The translations under genes were made by a program, and so were the position numbers. Under the pieces are notes generated by a model. That model saw only the letters and a list, made by a program, of their open reading frames with translations. It was not told where the DNA came from and made no database searches. From Eledone cirrhosa (lineage: Eukaryota), in the NCBI GenBank assembly GCA_964016885.1, contig OZ024744.1, positions 85,312,001 to 85,376,000 on the forward strand: DNA of 64,000 bases. The letters run 5' to 3'. This document shows positions 1-11,919 of the stretch, one piece after another. Position 1 is the stretch's first letter. Each line of letters begins with the position of its first letter.

Positions 1-153
1 ATCTGACTGTCCAAGTAAATATGGTGGTATTTATATCTTTTCTGGTGGTAGGAGAGGGTGGGGAGTGGGATGGGTGGAGGTCATTGGTTGAAAGAAAAGG
101 GAATTCATTAAAAGCTAATTTTTAAAGCTCTAATTTATTTAGTTGTGTGTGTG

Positions 154-185
<32 letters not shown>

Positions 186-536
186 TTAGAAAGTGAGGTT
201 TTTTTTACAAAATGAAAAATAACCGAGGTGTCCTATACGAGTGAAAGTATAAAGAAAAAGAGATGAAATCGAAAATGCAACTGGAGTCTTATTTTTAAAA
301 AAAATATATATATTTATTTGGTTCCTTTACAGGTTTTGCAGTTCTTCTGCTTTTCAAAAGGTGAGTTGAGATGGAGGGTCTGTGGTTTTTCTCACATGAG
401 AAAAACCACAGACCCTCCATCTCAACTCACCTTTTGAAAAGCAGAAGAACTGCGAAACCGGTAAAGGAACCAAATAAATATATATATTTTTTTTTAAGAT
501 AAGACTCCAGTTGCATTTTCGATTTCATCTCTTTTT

Positions 537-543
<7 letters not shown>
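186..543. mobile_element. Hairpin (inverted-duplicated) Penelope-like 3' end fragment flanked by (TA)n
   Basis: Arms of about 147 bp (248-394 / 397-543) are centred on ctca-ca-tgag. The left arm has an extra tail at 186-247. A related copy lies at about 48116-48291. Carries an HHR motif. Confidence 0.75.
430..467 (+). ncRNA. Minimal type I hammerhead ribozyme, U3-A8 core variant
   Basis: cctt-TTGAAAA-gcag(aagaa)ctgc-GAAA-ccg-GTA-aagg. Stem I is cctt/aagg, stem II gcag/ctgc, and stem III is the palindrome ACCGGT. Confidence 0.8.
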
Positions 544-571
<28 letters not shown>

Positions 572-600
572 ATATTAATTTATATATATATACGTATATA

Positions 601-687
<87 letters not shown>

Positions 688-689
688 TA

Positions 690-945
690 TTCTATTCTAA
701 GGCGGGTAAAATTCCCGAGATCCATGGACGAGTTCTCTCCAGCAGTCTCTGTCCCTCATTATCGCTGCCATGTCCTGCGTCTCCAACAGACCAGTGTCTG
801 TCCTTAGGGCATCAACATACGTTAACCTTGGTCTTCCACTTCTAGTGTGTCCATGTAGGGGCTCCCAAAGGAGCACTGAGTGCAATCTCATCTCTGGATG
901 TCGGTGAGCATGTCCAGCTAACCTCAGTCTCCTCTGTGTCACTTT
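690..945 (-). mobile_element. RTE-type LINE 3' fragment (RT C-terminus)
   Basis: ORF 697-942 reads RRLRLAGHAHRH...LLWEP.HG...GRPRLTYVDAL..DTG, typical of the RTE/RTEX C-terminus. Confidence 0.75.
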
Positions 946-964
946 GGAGCTGACTTTTATGTTT

Positions 965-967
965 TCG

Positions 968-1041
<74 letters not shown>

Positions 1042-1045
1042 GCTA
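965..1045. repeat. (GTT)n microsatellite
   Basis: Seen directly in the sequence. Confidence 0.95.
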
Positions 1046-1253
1046 ATGTTAATATTGTTGTTGTCGCAACGTATACCTTCCTGCCAGATTGTTGAACGTC
1101 TGAAAGTATATACTTTCCTTATGCATATTAACGGCTGAGCAGCATAATTTGCATATCGAGTGAGTTAATCGGCCGGGGTACCGAAAACGATAAACGGAAA
1201 AAATGAAGGAAAGTATATACTTTCAGACGTTCAATCATCTGGCAGGAAGGTAT

Positions 1254-1296
1254 ACGTTGCTGACGATAGCTAATAAGCTTGAAACTAGTACATCGT
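1254..1296 (+). ncRNA. Type I hammerhead ribozyme (family A)
   Basis: acgttg-CTGACGA-t-agc(taataa)gct-t-GAAA-cta-GTA-catcgt, with palindromic stem III ACTAGT. Confidence 0.85.
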
Positions 1297-1683
1297 TCCT
1301 TTATCAGTGTTGAACAAATGAGCAACGATGGTTGCTAGACACTGTGCAGCTTAATACGGGATGTTTGTTTACAAACACACTGAGCATTATAATAAATGTT
1401 CGGTGAATCCATACGTACATATATATATGTGTGCATGTATGTATATATATATAGATACTACTGTATGTCTGTATACATATATGTATGTACGTATACATAC
1501 TTATATTTAAGTAACAGCCGTACTAAGAGTGAGAAATGAAATTTCGTTTCATTTTTTTACATTTATCGTTTTCGGTGCCCCGGCCGATTAACTCACTCGA
1601 TATGCAAATTAGGCTGCTCAGCCGTTAATATGCATAAGGTAAGTATATACTTTCAGACGTTCAATCATCTGGCAGGCAGGTAT

Positions 1684-1726
1684 ACGTTGCTGACAATAGC
1701 TAATAAGCTTGAAACTAGTACAGCGT
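1684..1726 (+). ncRNA. Family A HHR copy with a G8>A core change (CTGACAA), probably impaired
   Basis: Same fold as 1254-1296; stem I is acgttg/cagcgt. Confidence 0.7.
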
Positions 1727-2284
1727 TCCTTTATCAGTGTTGAACAAACGAGCAACGATGGTTGCTAGATACTACGGCTTAATACGGGATGTTTGTTTAC
1801 AAACACACCGAGCATTATAATAAATGTTCGGTCAATCCATACGTACATATATATATATGTGTGCATGTATGTATATATATATATACATACTACTGTATGT
1901 CTCTATACATATATGTATGTACGTATACATACGTATACATACTTATATATAGATATATATATGTATATATATATATATATATATGTGTGTATGTATATAT
2001 ATGTGTATATGTGTTTGTATATGTTTGTATATGTTTATATTTATATATGTGTGTGTATGTGAATGTGTCTGTAGACACGTGAAATATAGCTTAAAGAAAA
2101 ATGACAATAACGACAGGCACCCAATATTTGAACTGGTTTATAGAATTCTCCTGCCTTTGTCACTCTAATTAGAGCTTTAAAGAATTAGCTTTTAAAGAAT
2201 TTCCCTTTTCTTTAAACCCATCAACCATGACTGACCCCCAACCATCTTATAGACACCTGAAATATAGGCATTATTGGCTTAAGA

Positions 2285-2400
2285 GAGTTCAAATCCCGCC
2301 GAGGTTAACTTTGCCTTTCATCCTTACGGGGTCGATAAAATAAAGTACCAGTCATGTACTGTGTAATTGCTGGCCTTGTGCCAAAAGTAGAAACAATTAT
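2285..2400 (+). mobile_element. 5'-truncated tRNA-derived SINE with a 17-bp TSD
   Basis: Core gcctttcatccttacggggtcgataaaataaagtaccag. TSD attattggcttaagaga at 2270-2286 and 2396-2412. Confidence 0.85.
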
Positions 2401-2613
2401 TGGCTTAAGAGAAACTTAAAAATAAGGAGTGGCACCCCAATTTGTTTATAGAATTCTTTCTGCCTTTGTCACTCTAAATATAAATTATAGCTTTAAAAAT
2501 TAGCTTTTAATGAATCCCCTTTTCTTTCAACTAATGACATCCACCAATCCCACTCCCCACCCTCTTCTACCACCAGAAAAGATATAAATACCACCATATT
2601 TACTTGGACAGTC

Positions 2614-2664
2614 AGATTCCTGATGATTTCTCAAGAATGAAACAGTTCTAGTCCTGTTGAATCT
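2614..2664 (+). ncRNA. Type I hammerhead ribozyme with a full stem III
   Basis: agattc-CTGATGA-t-ttc(tcaa)gaa-t-GAA-ACAG(ttctagtc)CTGT-T-gaatct. Stem I is 6 bp, stem III 4 bp, and the cleavage triplet is GUU. Confidence 0.8.
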
Positions 2665-2751
2665 CATCTATATTAAAACTTTTATACTCTGCTATGTATT
2701 GAGTACCTTACTTACTGTGGTTACCTCCGATTCAACCCGGAATAACTTACT

Positions 2752-2807
<56 letters not shown>

Positions 2808-3069
2808 ATACATTAACAGAGAAAGCTTTAAGCGATACTCTGACCAACTACCTCTCACTCAACACACATTAGGATATACCTAAGTATAATCCCAACTAAG
2901 TGTTTGGGGTGCTAACTGATCAGTATTTCGTGGAAAGTTGGTTGTATTATTCTATAGGAGACATAATTAAATAAATCTCTCTTTCTTTCCATACGATCGC
3001 TTCGTTATAAGATTTCTACAATTTGGGATAAATAATGTCCAAGTTATGTAGAAACTTGTATATAATCCC

Positions 3070-3175
<106 letters not shown>

Positions 3176-3183
3176 TATATAAT

Positions 3184-3241
<58 letters not shown>

Positions 3242-3281
3242 ATTATATACAAGTTTCTACATAACTTGGACATTATGTATA

Positions 3282-3323
<42 letters not shown>

Positions 3324-3762
3324 GGGGCGGTGGATTGGCAGTATCGGTAGAGATCAGACAGCATGCATTGCAGCATAGAGTTACGGCCCTTTATGGTCTG
3401 AGTTCAAATCCCGCCGAGTTTAACTTTGCATTTCATCCTTACAAGGTTCATAAAATAAAGTACCAGTAACGTACTGGGGTCGATTTAATCAACTTTCTCC
3501 CCCCCCCCCCAAATTACTGGTCTTGTGCCAATACTAGAAATCATTATATATATATATATAATGATTTCTAGTATTGGCAGTGAATTGGCAGTATCGGTAG
3601 AGGGTTGGACGCCATGCTTTCTAGCATAGTTACGTCCCTTTACAGTCTGAGTTCAAATCCCGCCAAGATTAACTTTGCTTTCATCCTTACGGGGTCGATA
3701 AAATAAAGTACCAGTAATGTACTGGATAATTGCTGGCCTTGTGCCTAAAGTAGAAACAATTA
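3324..3762 (+). mobile_element. Two tandem tRNA-derived SINEs (Nin-domain-like core)
   Basis: A-box-like tggcagtatcggtag, B-box gagttcaaatccc, the conserved core and an ATT-rich tail. Copies at 3324-3548 and 3583-3762. Confidence 0.85.
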
Positions 3763-4219
3763 TATATATATTTTGCTTCTACAAATTTATTAAAGGAGAA
3801 ACGGTTATATCCATGCATGAGCTTTAAAATTTACCAAATAGGCTTGTAAACGTATTTACCAAATAGGCTTGTAAACGGTTTGTGCGCATTTATAGACAAC
3901 TGCTAAGGCTCTTTAATTAAGCCTTTAGTATTTACATTACACTATATATACTGTTGTATTTTCATGGTAAAGGCTTTACCTCACATAATTATCTAATTAT
4001 CTCCCATAATATTGAATCTATGAGATTTTGATACTATTTATTTTGACAACAATACTACCTTAATGTCGGTATGAGAAGTCGGTTACAGCCGGTTTCAGCC
4101 AAAAGAAGTGAGAGAATTCTGGCCGGATATGGCTGGTTTAAATACTAAAGGGTTAAACAGTGTAGGATGTTTTAAGATTGTTTTCGTGTAATTTGTTATT
4201 GTAGTTTTCAGACATATGA

Positions 4220-4415
4220 CAGATATATTTCTTTATTTGCCACAAGGGCGCACAAGAAAATGGGACAATACAAAGACACATGTCGGGGATTTTACATACA
4301 GTCGTATAAAAAGAAAGTTTTAACATGAAAATATAACAATCGAAATCCCCAATAGGGGTGAGGCGTTACAAATGGGTTGTTTTATACCCCGTAGATAGAA
4401 CAACCCTCAACTCCA
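4220..4415 (-). mobile_element. Tx1/L1-like LINE 3' UTR fragment (inverted)
   Basis: Reverse complement of the tail at about 5265-5468 (ttctatc.acggggt.taaaacaacc...gtggcaaataaagaaatatatct). Confidence 0.65.
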
Positions 4416-4607
4416 GGAGCATGTTGTGCAAGTGTCACTTTCTTCCTTTTGCTCATGGTTCAATTCAGGCAAGTAGCTTTGACGACCTTTTCCCCGTCTC
4501 TAAGGTTATTCAACATTTTTTATTGTTCATATGATTAATCTCAGCTTTCTATATGGAAAGCAAATACATTTTCAAATTAGCCCAATATATTTGCATATGT
4601 GTATCTG

Positions 4608-4707
<100 letters not shown>

Positions 4708-4721
4708 TTATCTATCTATCT

Positions 4722-5468
4722 AGGAGCTCTACCAGTTCGAGACAAAATCTACAGGCACGGACGCCCTGCAGAGATCCTGCCAAAAGGACCTGTCCAAGAC
4801 GCGAGCAGGTCATCAAAACCGTTCTGTACTATTGCTCAGTGCCCAGGGGTGACCGACCTGTGGAATTATGTCAAACAGCTACTGTAACGTGTCGGACGCA
4901 TCCTGTAGTCAGTCGAGTCCATCGTGAGGATCACCCCCACCGCCAGAATGATTGAGAGGTGGTTTTCCTCTGTTTGGTGGCTTGGTGGCTATGGCAAAAG
5001 GGGTAATATGGTGGACGAGGTAAAAAGGACTGAAGGCAAACACCTTTCTCTCCGGACAACAACTCATCCCCTTCTTTAAGTACCACTTCAGAAGGAAGAT
5101 GAGAGTGGAGAGAGAGGTGCTACACCCCAGTAAATTCGCTGAAAGATGGGTGCAAGTGGCGAAAATGGCCCGATTGAATGGGCCTTCTTTGTATATAGAC
5201 CTGTAGGTTGAGGAAGATAAACAGAGGGAAGACAGGAACACCTACAAAACCTGTTCCTGGTGTTGAGGGTTGTTCTATCCACGGGGTGTAAAACAACCCT
5301 GCAGTAACGTTCCCCCCCCCCCTACTGGGGATTTCAATTGTTATTTTATTATAGATATTTTATTGTTATTAATTAATGTTAAAGTTATTTTTATGTAAAA
5401 CCACCGCCGTCACGTCTTGTAATGTTCCACACTTTTGTACGCCACTGTGGCAAATAAAGAAATATATC
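4722..5468 (+). mobile_element. Tx1/L1-like LINE 3' fragment following (ATCT)n
   Basis: GALPVRDKIYRHG..TCPR..TVL..QCP zinc-knuckle region, homologous to 57895-58040. Confidence 0.75.
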
Positions 5469-5860
5469 TTTTTATCTAGCTACCTATTAAGAAACATATC
5501 TATCTATCTATGAATCTCTCTTTCTCCCTCTCTCTCTCTCTCTTGGTCAATTCTCACAACCATGGGCTTTAAAACGCACATGTCTTTTATAGACGTGTTG
5601 ATCGTATTAATCGTATTGGTAGGCACCCGCCGATAAGCTACATCTACAATATGTATTCTTCACTTTTTATAGCGAAACATACTCTTATTTAAACATGTCC
5701 GAGTGTAATAGTTATAATTGGATGGTTAGTACACTTTAATATATTCTTTTAATTGATTTATATTCACCATTCCTTCCGTATTTAATAGGTTCGTCACTCT
5801 GGGGGTTTTTGATCCCCTATGATTGAACACATATCTTTATGTATACTTCTCTCTATATGC

Positions 5861-5904
<44 letters not shown>

Positions 5905-5906
<2 letters not shown>

Positions 5907-6205
5907 CTTTCACCGTATTTTTGACTAAAGGAATTTTAGCTTGATAACGGGGTTTAGAACCCTCAGATAAATGGAAAAAGATGAGTATTGACGTACATGG
6001 GAGTATTGGCGTGTAATGGTAGCACAGTGGTCGCGACAACCACAGATGTGGGTTCGTCTCCCATGTACGTCAATACTCATCCTTTTCCATTCATCTGAGG
6101 GTTCTAAACCCCGTTATCAAGCTAAAATTCCTTTAGTCAAAAATACGGTGAAAGCTATATATTTTCTAATTTCAAACTCGCTCACTGTTTCAAAACATAC
6201 TTACT

Positions 6206-6208
<3 letters not shown>
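5905..6208. mobile_element. Hairpin element with 99-bp arms and a tRNA-like loop, between (TA)n tracts
   Basis: Arms at 5905-6003 / 6058-6156. The central region has tggcgtgtaatggtagc and ggttcgtctccc (A/B-box-like). Confidence 0.65.
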
Positions 6209-6246
<38 letters not shown>

Positions 6247-6247
<1 letters not shown>

Positions 6248-6470
6248 AGGAGTTGACGGATGCAGCATATTTATCAATGCCAGGACCGGTTGTATCTTAG
6301 CGTACTCAATAGGCAATGTAGGATACATTACCAGAGTACACACATAGTTATTCGCTTCAATACAACACACGTAAAACGGGTGCCTATAAATGCACCCTCT
6401 GTCTGCAACAATGCATAATCGGCGTATGTGGCTTCATCAGCGGGTATCACCTAATCAATAACCAATGGAT
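6247..6470 (-). mobile_element. Short Penelope-like element, homolog of 49175-49452, with the 3' half of the HHR deleted
   Basis: Reverse-complement similarity to 49175-49452. It retains CTGATGA but lacks GAAA and stem III. Confidence 0.7.
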
Positions 6471-7042
6471 CGACAGAATCCAAACCCCAGCCCATGCCGG
6501 CTATGACTGTTTGTGACGACCGACACAGTAAATATATATATGTATATATATATATATATGTATGTATATGTGTGTTTGTGTGCGCGTGCCTATATGTGTA
6601 CCTGTGTATGTACTTCTGTGTGTATGTGTATATATTCAGACATGCGTTTGTATTTGCAGTCACTAAAAAAAGGAGAGAATAAGATGTTACTGATATTACT
6701 CACTGATTGAGAAAACTATAGGCTATATCACAAAACATGTTGTACATGGCAAATATAATGGATGTAGGCGTTGGGGGAAGTCTTTGTGAGAGAAGCCATA
6801 AACAATATGAAAACATTCTTATGTAATCCTAAATCGAAAGGAGGAATTTCTCTGGTGAATATAAATCTAAATGATATGATAATTTATACGTCCACACACA
6901 ATATCATATATATATATATATATATATACATATATATATGTATATATGTATGTATATATATAAGAATACACACATATATATATGTATATATATATGTATA
7001 TATATATATATAAATATATATATATGTATGTATATATATATA

Positions 7043-7099
<57 letters not shown>

Positions 7100-7354
7100 C
7101 ACACACACACACACACACAAGCACATACACACACTCACACATACACCTTTTCACTCATTTATCATACACCCTCTACTCTCTCTGTCGTACATACACACGC
7201 ACACATACTCAATTTTACTCTCTCTCATCTTACACACACACACACATACAAAAGTACTCACATGCACACTGTCTGTTTGTCTCTCTCTCTATCTATCTAT
7301 CGTATATACACACACACACACTCTCTGTCCCTGTTTGTCTGTCTCTCTCTCTCA

Positions 7355-8160
7355 TATACAAACAAATATCAAAAGAAAATAAGAACCCTAGACACAACAA
7401 AAGTAGCAAAAATAACAAATATATAAAAAAAAGAATTATGTGCCAATATCAATGATACGGGTTTTAAATGAACACTTTTGTTCAATAGTTCTTGCCACCC
7501 AGAGCCTTCCACCCAGCAGTGGTATTTTCTTTCCCACTGGAATGGTGCAATCCTTTCAACACCACACGCCATATATTTCACTGTGCTTTATTATGGACGA
7601 AAACAATAAGAAAGAAATATATAACTAACAAAACTAAAACTAAAAGTAAGCCATCGAACAAACAGATGTAGGTAAAAAAAAAAAAAGGTAAGTAAAATGT
7701 CTCTTAGAATCCCATTTGACAAAAGTTCCTCAATAAGGTGTTGTAAATCCACGTTGCCTGAAAGAACAACATATATATATGTGATCGTTTTTATAATAAA
7801 TATAATAATATTAATGATAAAAATAATAAAAATGGAATAAGAACACCTTCTCGCTGATGGATAACAGCAATGATGGCTTTTAATTTAAGAACAAGGCCAG
7901 AAACATTTATAAAAGGTGGACAGTTGCTTAAATCAACTCCAGTAACAGAGGAATTACCCTTCTAGGGTTTAGTTTTGGTTTTTACAGCTGTTGTTATTTT
8001 TGTAGCTGTAGCCAAAGTTGTTGGTGGTGATATTGTATTTATTGTTGCTGTTGTTGGTGTTGTTGCCGCTGCCGTTGTGTGATGTTGCTGTTGTTGGTTT
8101 CGAGAGCTGTTGTTAATTCTGAAGTTGTTGTTGGTACTGATATTGTTTTTATTGTTGCTG
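7355..8160. repeat. Left arm of an ~800-bp inverted duplication
   Basis: Near-identical reverse complement of about 12875-13687; the ORFs 7440-7628(+) and 13415-13603(-) are almost identical. Confidence 0.9.
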
Positions 8161-8181
8161 TTATTGTTGCTGTTGCTGTTA

Positions 8182-8235
<54 letters not shown>

Positions 8236-8311
8236 GTTGCTGTTGGGGTTGCTGTTAAGTCGTTGTTGCTGTTGTTGCTGTGTGCTGTTTGTTTTTGTTT
8301 TTTTTTCTTAC

Positions 8312-8830
8312 CGCAGGCGCCTGTGGATTGCCCTCAATAGTGCTAGAATGGCGTGTTGGAGACGCACGTCTTCATCCACGCTGGAGCCGAGTTGGTGGTG
8401 ATAACAATCCACCATCAAGGCCGGACATCTCATTTGATTGGTTTGGTATTTGCGCGGATCTTTCGCTGGCATAGGTAGCATCGGAGATTTTGATCACTTG
8501 CTGGCGATATAAGCGTTGGCACGACGGCTGTTCCCCGGCAGAGACTTCAGACGAGGCTTTGATGACTCTTCTGTTGAACTCGAGTGAAGCCGCTACATTT
8601 CCTGTGGAAATTGCGTCGGCAGGTCGTGCAGATGAATGGTGCGAAGTCACGGCGAATCGTCTTGGCACACTCTGGGCAGATGGGTCCGGGGTTGATCTCG
8701 ATGTCGCCCGCCAGGAGGAGTATTAACCGGAGATACAGGGCGGGAGTTGCACCTCCGGTTAATGAAAAACGGTGCGTCTCCCAGGACGCAGTCTGGGTAG
8801 GATATGGTCCGAGTTCGTAAGTTGCCTGAA
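8312..8830 (-). mobile_element. LINE N-terminal fragment with a 2A-like peptide and PHD finger
   Basis: LILLLAGDIEINPGP followed by CPEC...ICTTC..FH..C. Confidence 0.75.
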
Positions 8831-8988
8831 GACGATCCAACACAGCTGCTGCTGTTGTTATGTTGCTGTTGTTGTTTGTTTCTACAGCTGTTGGTATTCC
8901 TGCAGCTGTTGCTAAATATTGTTTTCATTGTTGCTGCTGCTGTTGTTGTTATATTGCTGTTGCTGCTGCTGTTATTATTGTTGGTATG

Positions 8989-9175
8989 GATTGGCAGTAT
9001 CGGTAGAGGGTCGGACGCCATGCTTTGACACGTAGAGTTACGGCCCTTGTCATTCTCAGTTCAAATCCCACCGAGGTTAACTTTGCCTTCCATTCTTATG
9101 GGGTCGATAAAATAAAGTACCAGTAATACACTGGATAATTGCTGGCCTTGTGCCTAAAGTAGAAACAGTTATTAT
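8989..9175 (+). mobile_element. tRNA-derived SINE
   Basis: Same family as 3324. A further partial copy lies at 9660-9757. Confidence 0.85.
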
Positions 9176-9756
9176 TGTTGATATGGAGTTGACGATGTAG
9201 GTATCAAGGCGAGGTTTGAACTTGTTACATTCTATTATGTATCACAAAGCCCTTGGCACGCTGGTCCTACCATATGTGTGACACGCACGCGCACGCACAA
9301 ACACACGCACACACACACACATTTGCACACACACACAAACACAATACCAACCCACCCATATATATATAGTTAATAAATGAAACTAACAAAACACAGGAGG
9401 CAATTTTACACAGTGATATCAGGTTCCCATTTGGTGGAAGTGGATGAGGTTTCGACGTTTCGGACAGAAGTTCTTCTTGAGAAAAGTCCGGATAAGGGGA
9501 GAACAGATACACACACATCTACACACAGAATCTACGGTATGAAGCTGAAACAAGTGTTAATGATAATAATTGGAGTACTAAGTATGCTAACAAGTTATAT
9601 ATGAACAAAGTCATACAAACTGTATATATATATATATATTTCAAATTTATTATTATTATGACTTTGCCTTTCATCCTTACGAGGTCGATAAAATAAAGTA
9701 CCAGTATTGCACTGGATAATTGCTGGCCTTGTGCCCAAAGTAGAAACAATTATTAT

Positions 9757-9793
<37 letters not shown>

Positions 9794-10049
9794 GAGCGAG
9801 TCTATATATTAAAACATATATGAGGAGCTCCCGAGTCAGGTTCGATCATTAATAGATCGTTCCTCGAGCTGATCGACAGTGAAACATATGTAAATATGTA
9901 ATATGAAATAAATATATATATGATGCAACACTGATTATTTGTTCCCTTATATATTAATACTATTGATACTCTGCTCCTCAAAAGCATCGAGTGCTCACCC
10001 GGCATACCGCCTACGGACGCAATTGACTTGCACCTTAACACACACACAC

Positions 10050-10962
10050 ATATATATATACAGTTTGTATGACTTTGTACATATATAACTTGTTAGCATA
10101 CCTAGTACTCCAATTATTATCATTAGCTTCATACCGTAGTTTCAACTTCATACCGTAGATTCTGTTTACATTGGTTTCAAGATCTTTTTATTCTGATATT
10201 TTTGTCTACATCAGTTCAAACATCATTTGCAGCCAGAAGGGATCACAATGTCTATCAGTGTACATATATTTTTTGTTCAACTCCTTGATTATTATATCTG
10301 TATTATAACTGTATTATATCTGTATTATATCTGTATAGTTTATCTTGATCACGTTGTCAATTGTGTTATGCATGTCTCAGATGATTTTGGCCAGGTCTTT
10401 GTCATGTTAGTACATGTTTACTACCAGTTCTTATCTGTTACAATGTCGATAGTTTGGCATATTGCCGAAAGGAATATGGCTGCCAACTCGTTCGTGCTTG
10501 CCTAAATATTCATACTTGGCAAGGAATAGGCACCCGGAAACGGTATGGTCAACCGTTTCTTTGTACTTTTTTTTTACATATATATGAATTATATTTCAAT
10601 ATATTACTTTTGTAATTATTTGTAGCTGGGCATTGATCTTATGCCGTTAGCTGTAGACCTATATCAGCTTTTAGATCAGAGTTTTTGCAGGCTTTCAATT
10701 TGCTTATTTCTGTCCTGTCGAGCCTTGTGGGGCATGAGCTAAGGTGTGGGCTTTATCTCCATTTTGTTTCATCATTGAATTCCATTTTGATTTAGTGTTT
10801 CACTTATTTTATTACCATCTAAATTTTTTATTTTCTGATTAGAAGTTTCTAGCTATTTTATCGTCTCCTGCTATATACCAATTGGTTTTTCCAGTAAAAT
10901 CTGTCAGGTGATTCTTTCCAAAGACATTCTAACCCCATGCCCAGATTACTATTATTTCCTTT

Positions 10963-11013
<51 letters not shown>

Positions 11014-11250
11014 TTTCGGGTTTTCTTATTACACTTATCAGATTTGCTTTGCATGCTTTTAAATATTTTATCCTTGTCGGGCTGTGGCTATTTATCTGTA
11101 GTGTTCTATTTGCATCAGATTCCGGCTACTTTATGTGTAGGATAAATATATTCTATTATATCTAGATGGGGAGGGTGAGAGAGATGGAGGCGATGACAGT
11201 GGGATTTTGGCTCTTCCACGTTCGGACCATATCCTACGGTTGTAATTAAG
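10050..11250 (-). mobile_element. Highly decayed RLE-type non-LTR retrotransposon (R4/Dong-like)
   Basis: Minus-strand remnant LIDIVIP...DLE.N.NRIYGMK...IIIGVLGML. Its tail is duplicated in inverted orientation at about 9525-9630. Confidence 0.5.
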
Positions 11251-11469
11251 CTGCTTGTACTGAATTACACGTTAAATAATCTAGATACAATGTGATTATG
11301 TTACCACTGGAAACTAAAGTTTGTAATATTTACTGTTTAAGGAAGGTGGTATCGGCCTCTTGTCAATAGTCTCCTGTTTTTTTGTCTATTCACATACATG
11401 TTTATTATAATGAACCTGTCATTTATAACTGATACTGCTAGCCTATTTATACTTCTGTATTACTGTTGT

Positions 11470-11856
11470 TAATCGGTAGAGCCTCGGAAATGTGCTTTGT
11501 GGCCTAGAGTTATGAGCTCAAATCCCACCGAGATTAGGTTTCTCTTTCATCCTTACTGGGTCGATGAAATAAAGTACCAGTAACACACTAGGGTCGATTT
11601 AATCGACTTTCCTTCTCAAAAAAGTTGTTGGCCTTGTGCCGAAAACAGAAACTGTTATCATTATTATTGTGGTTTGGCAGTAGTTGTTGAGCGTCAGACG
11701 CCATGCTTTTCAGCATAGTTATGGCCCTTTACGCCCCGAGTTCAAATCCGCCGACGTTAACTTTGCCTTTCATCCTTACGGAGTCGATAAAATAAAGCAC
11801 CAGTAATACACTGGGGTAATTGCTGACCTTGTGCCCAAAGTATAAACGATTATTAT
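11470..11856 (+). mobile_element. Two tandem tRNA-derived SINEs
   Basis: The conserved core occurs twice (about 11540 and about 11765). Confidence 0.8.
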
Positions 11857-11919
11857 TACAATTATAATTATTACTATTATTATCATTGAATTTCGTGACT
11901 ACATTACCGAGCACAGCCC

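Larger units (their letters stand above)
1067..1945 (+). mobile_element. HHR family A retrozyme-like element: about 430-nt tandem units with a 5' inverted segment
   Basis: Inverted piece at 1067-1206, then tandem units with HHRs at 1254-1296 and 1684-1726 (period 430). Confidence 0.8.
2070..2755 (+). mobile_element. Penelope-like 3' end with a partial tandem duplication, interrupted by a SINE
   Basis: Internal direct repeat (about 2116-2215 vs 2431-2530), HHR at 2614, and an end in (TA)n. Positions 1-140 are an inverted copy of about 2478-2617. Confidence 0.6.

Noticed and set aside
4070-4157. piggyBac-like end (aaagggttaa)
   Set aside because: No matching left TIR was found nearby.
6001-6078. 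Bona fide tRNA gene
   Set aside because: The anticodon loop and acceptor geometry are non-canonical; treated as a tRNA-like head only.
9450-9900. HHR-like remnants at about 9450-9487 (minus) and about 9814-9899 (plus)
   Set aside because: They have GAAAC-GTH halves but broken cores (TCAAGAA, ATGAGGA), so they are probably dead relics and were not called as ribozymes.
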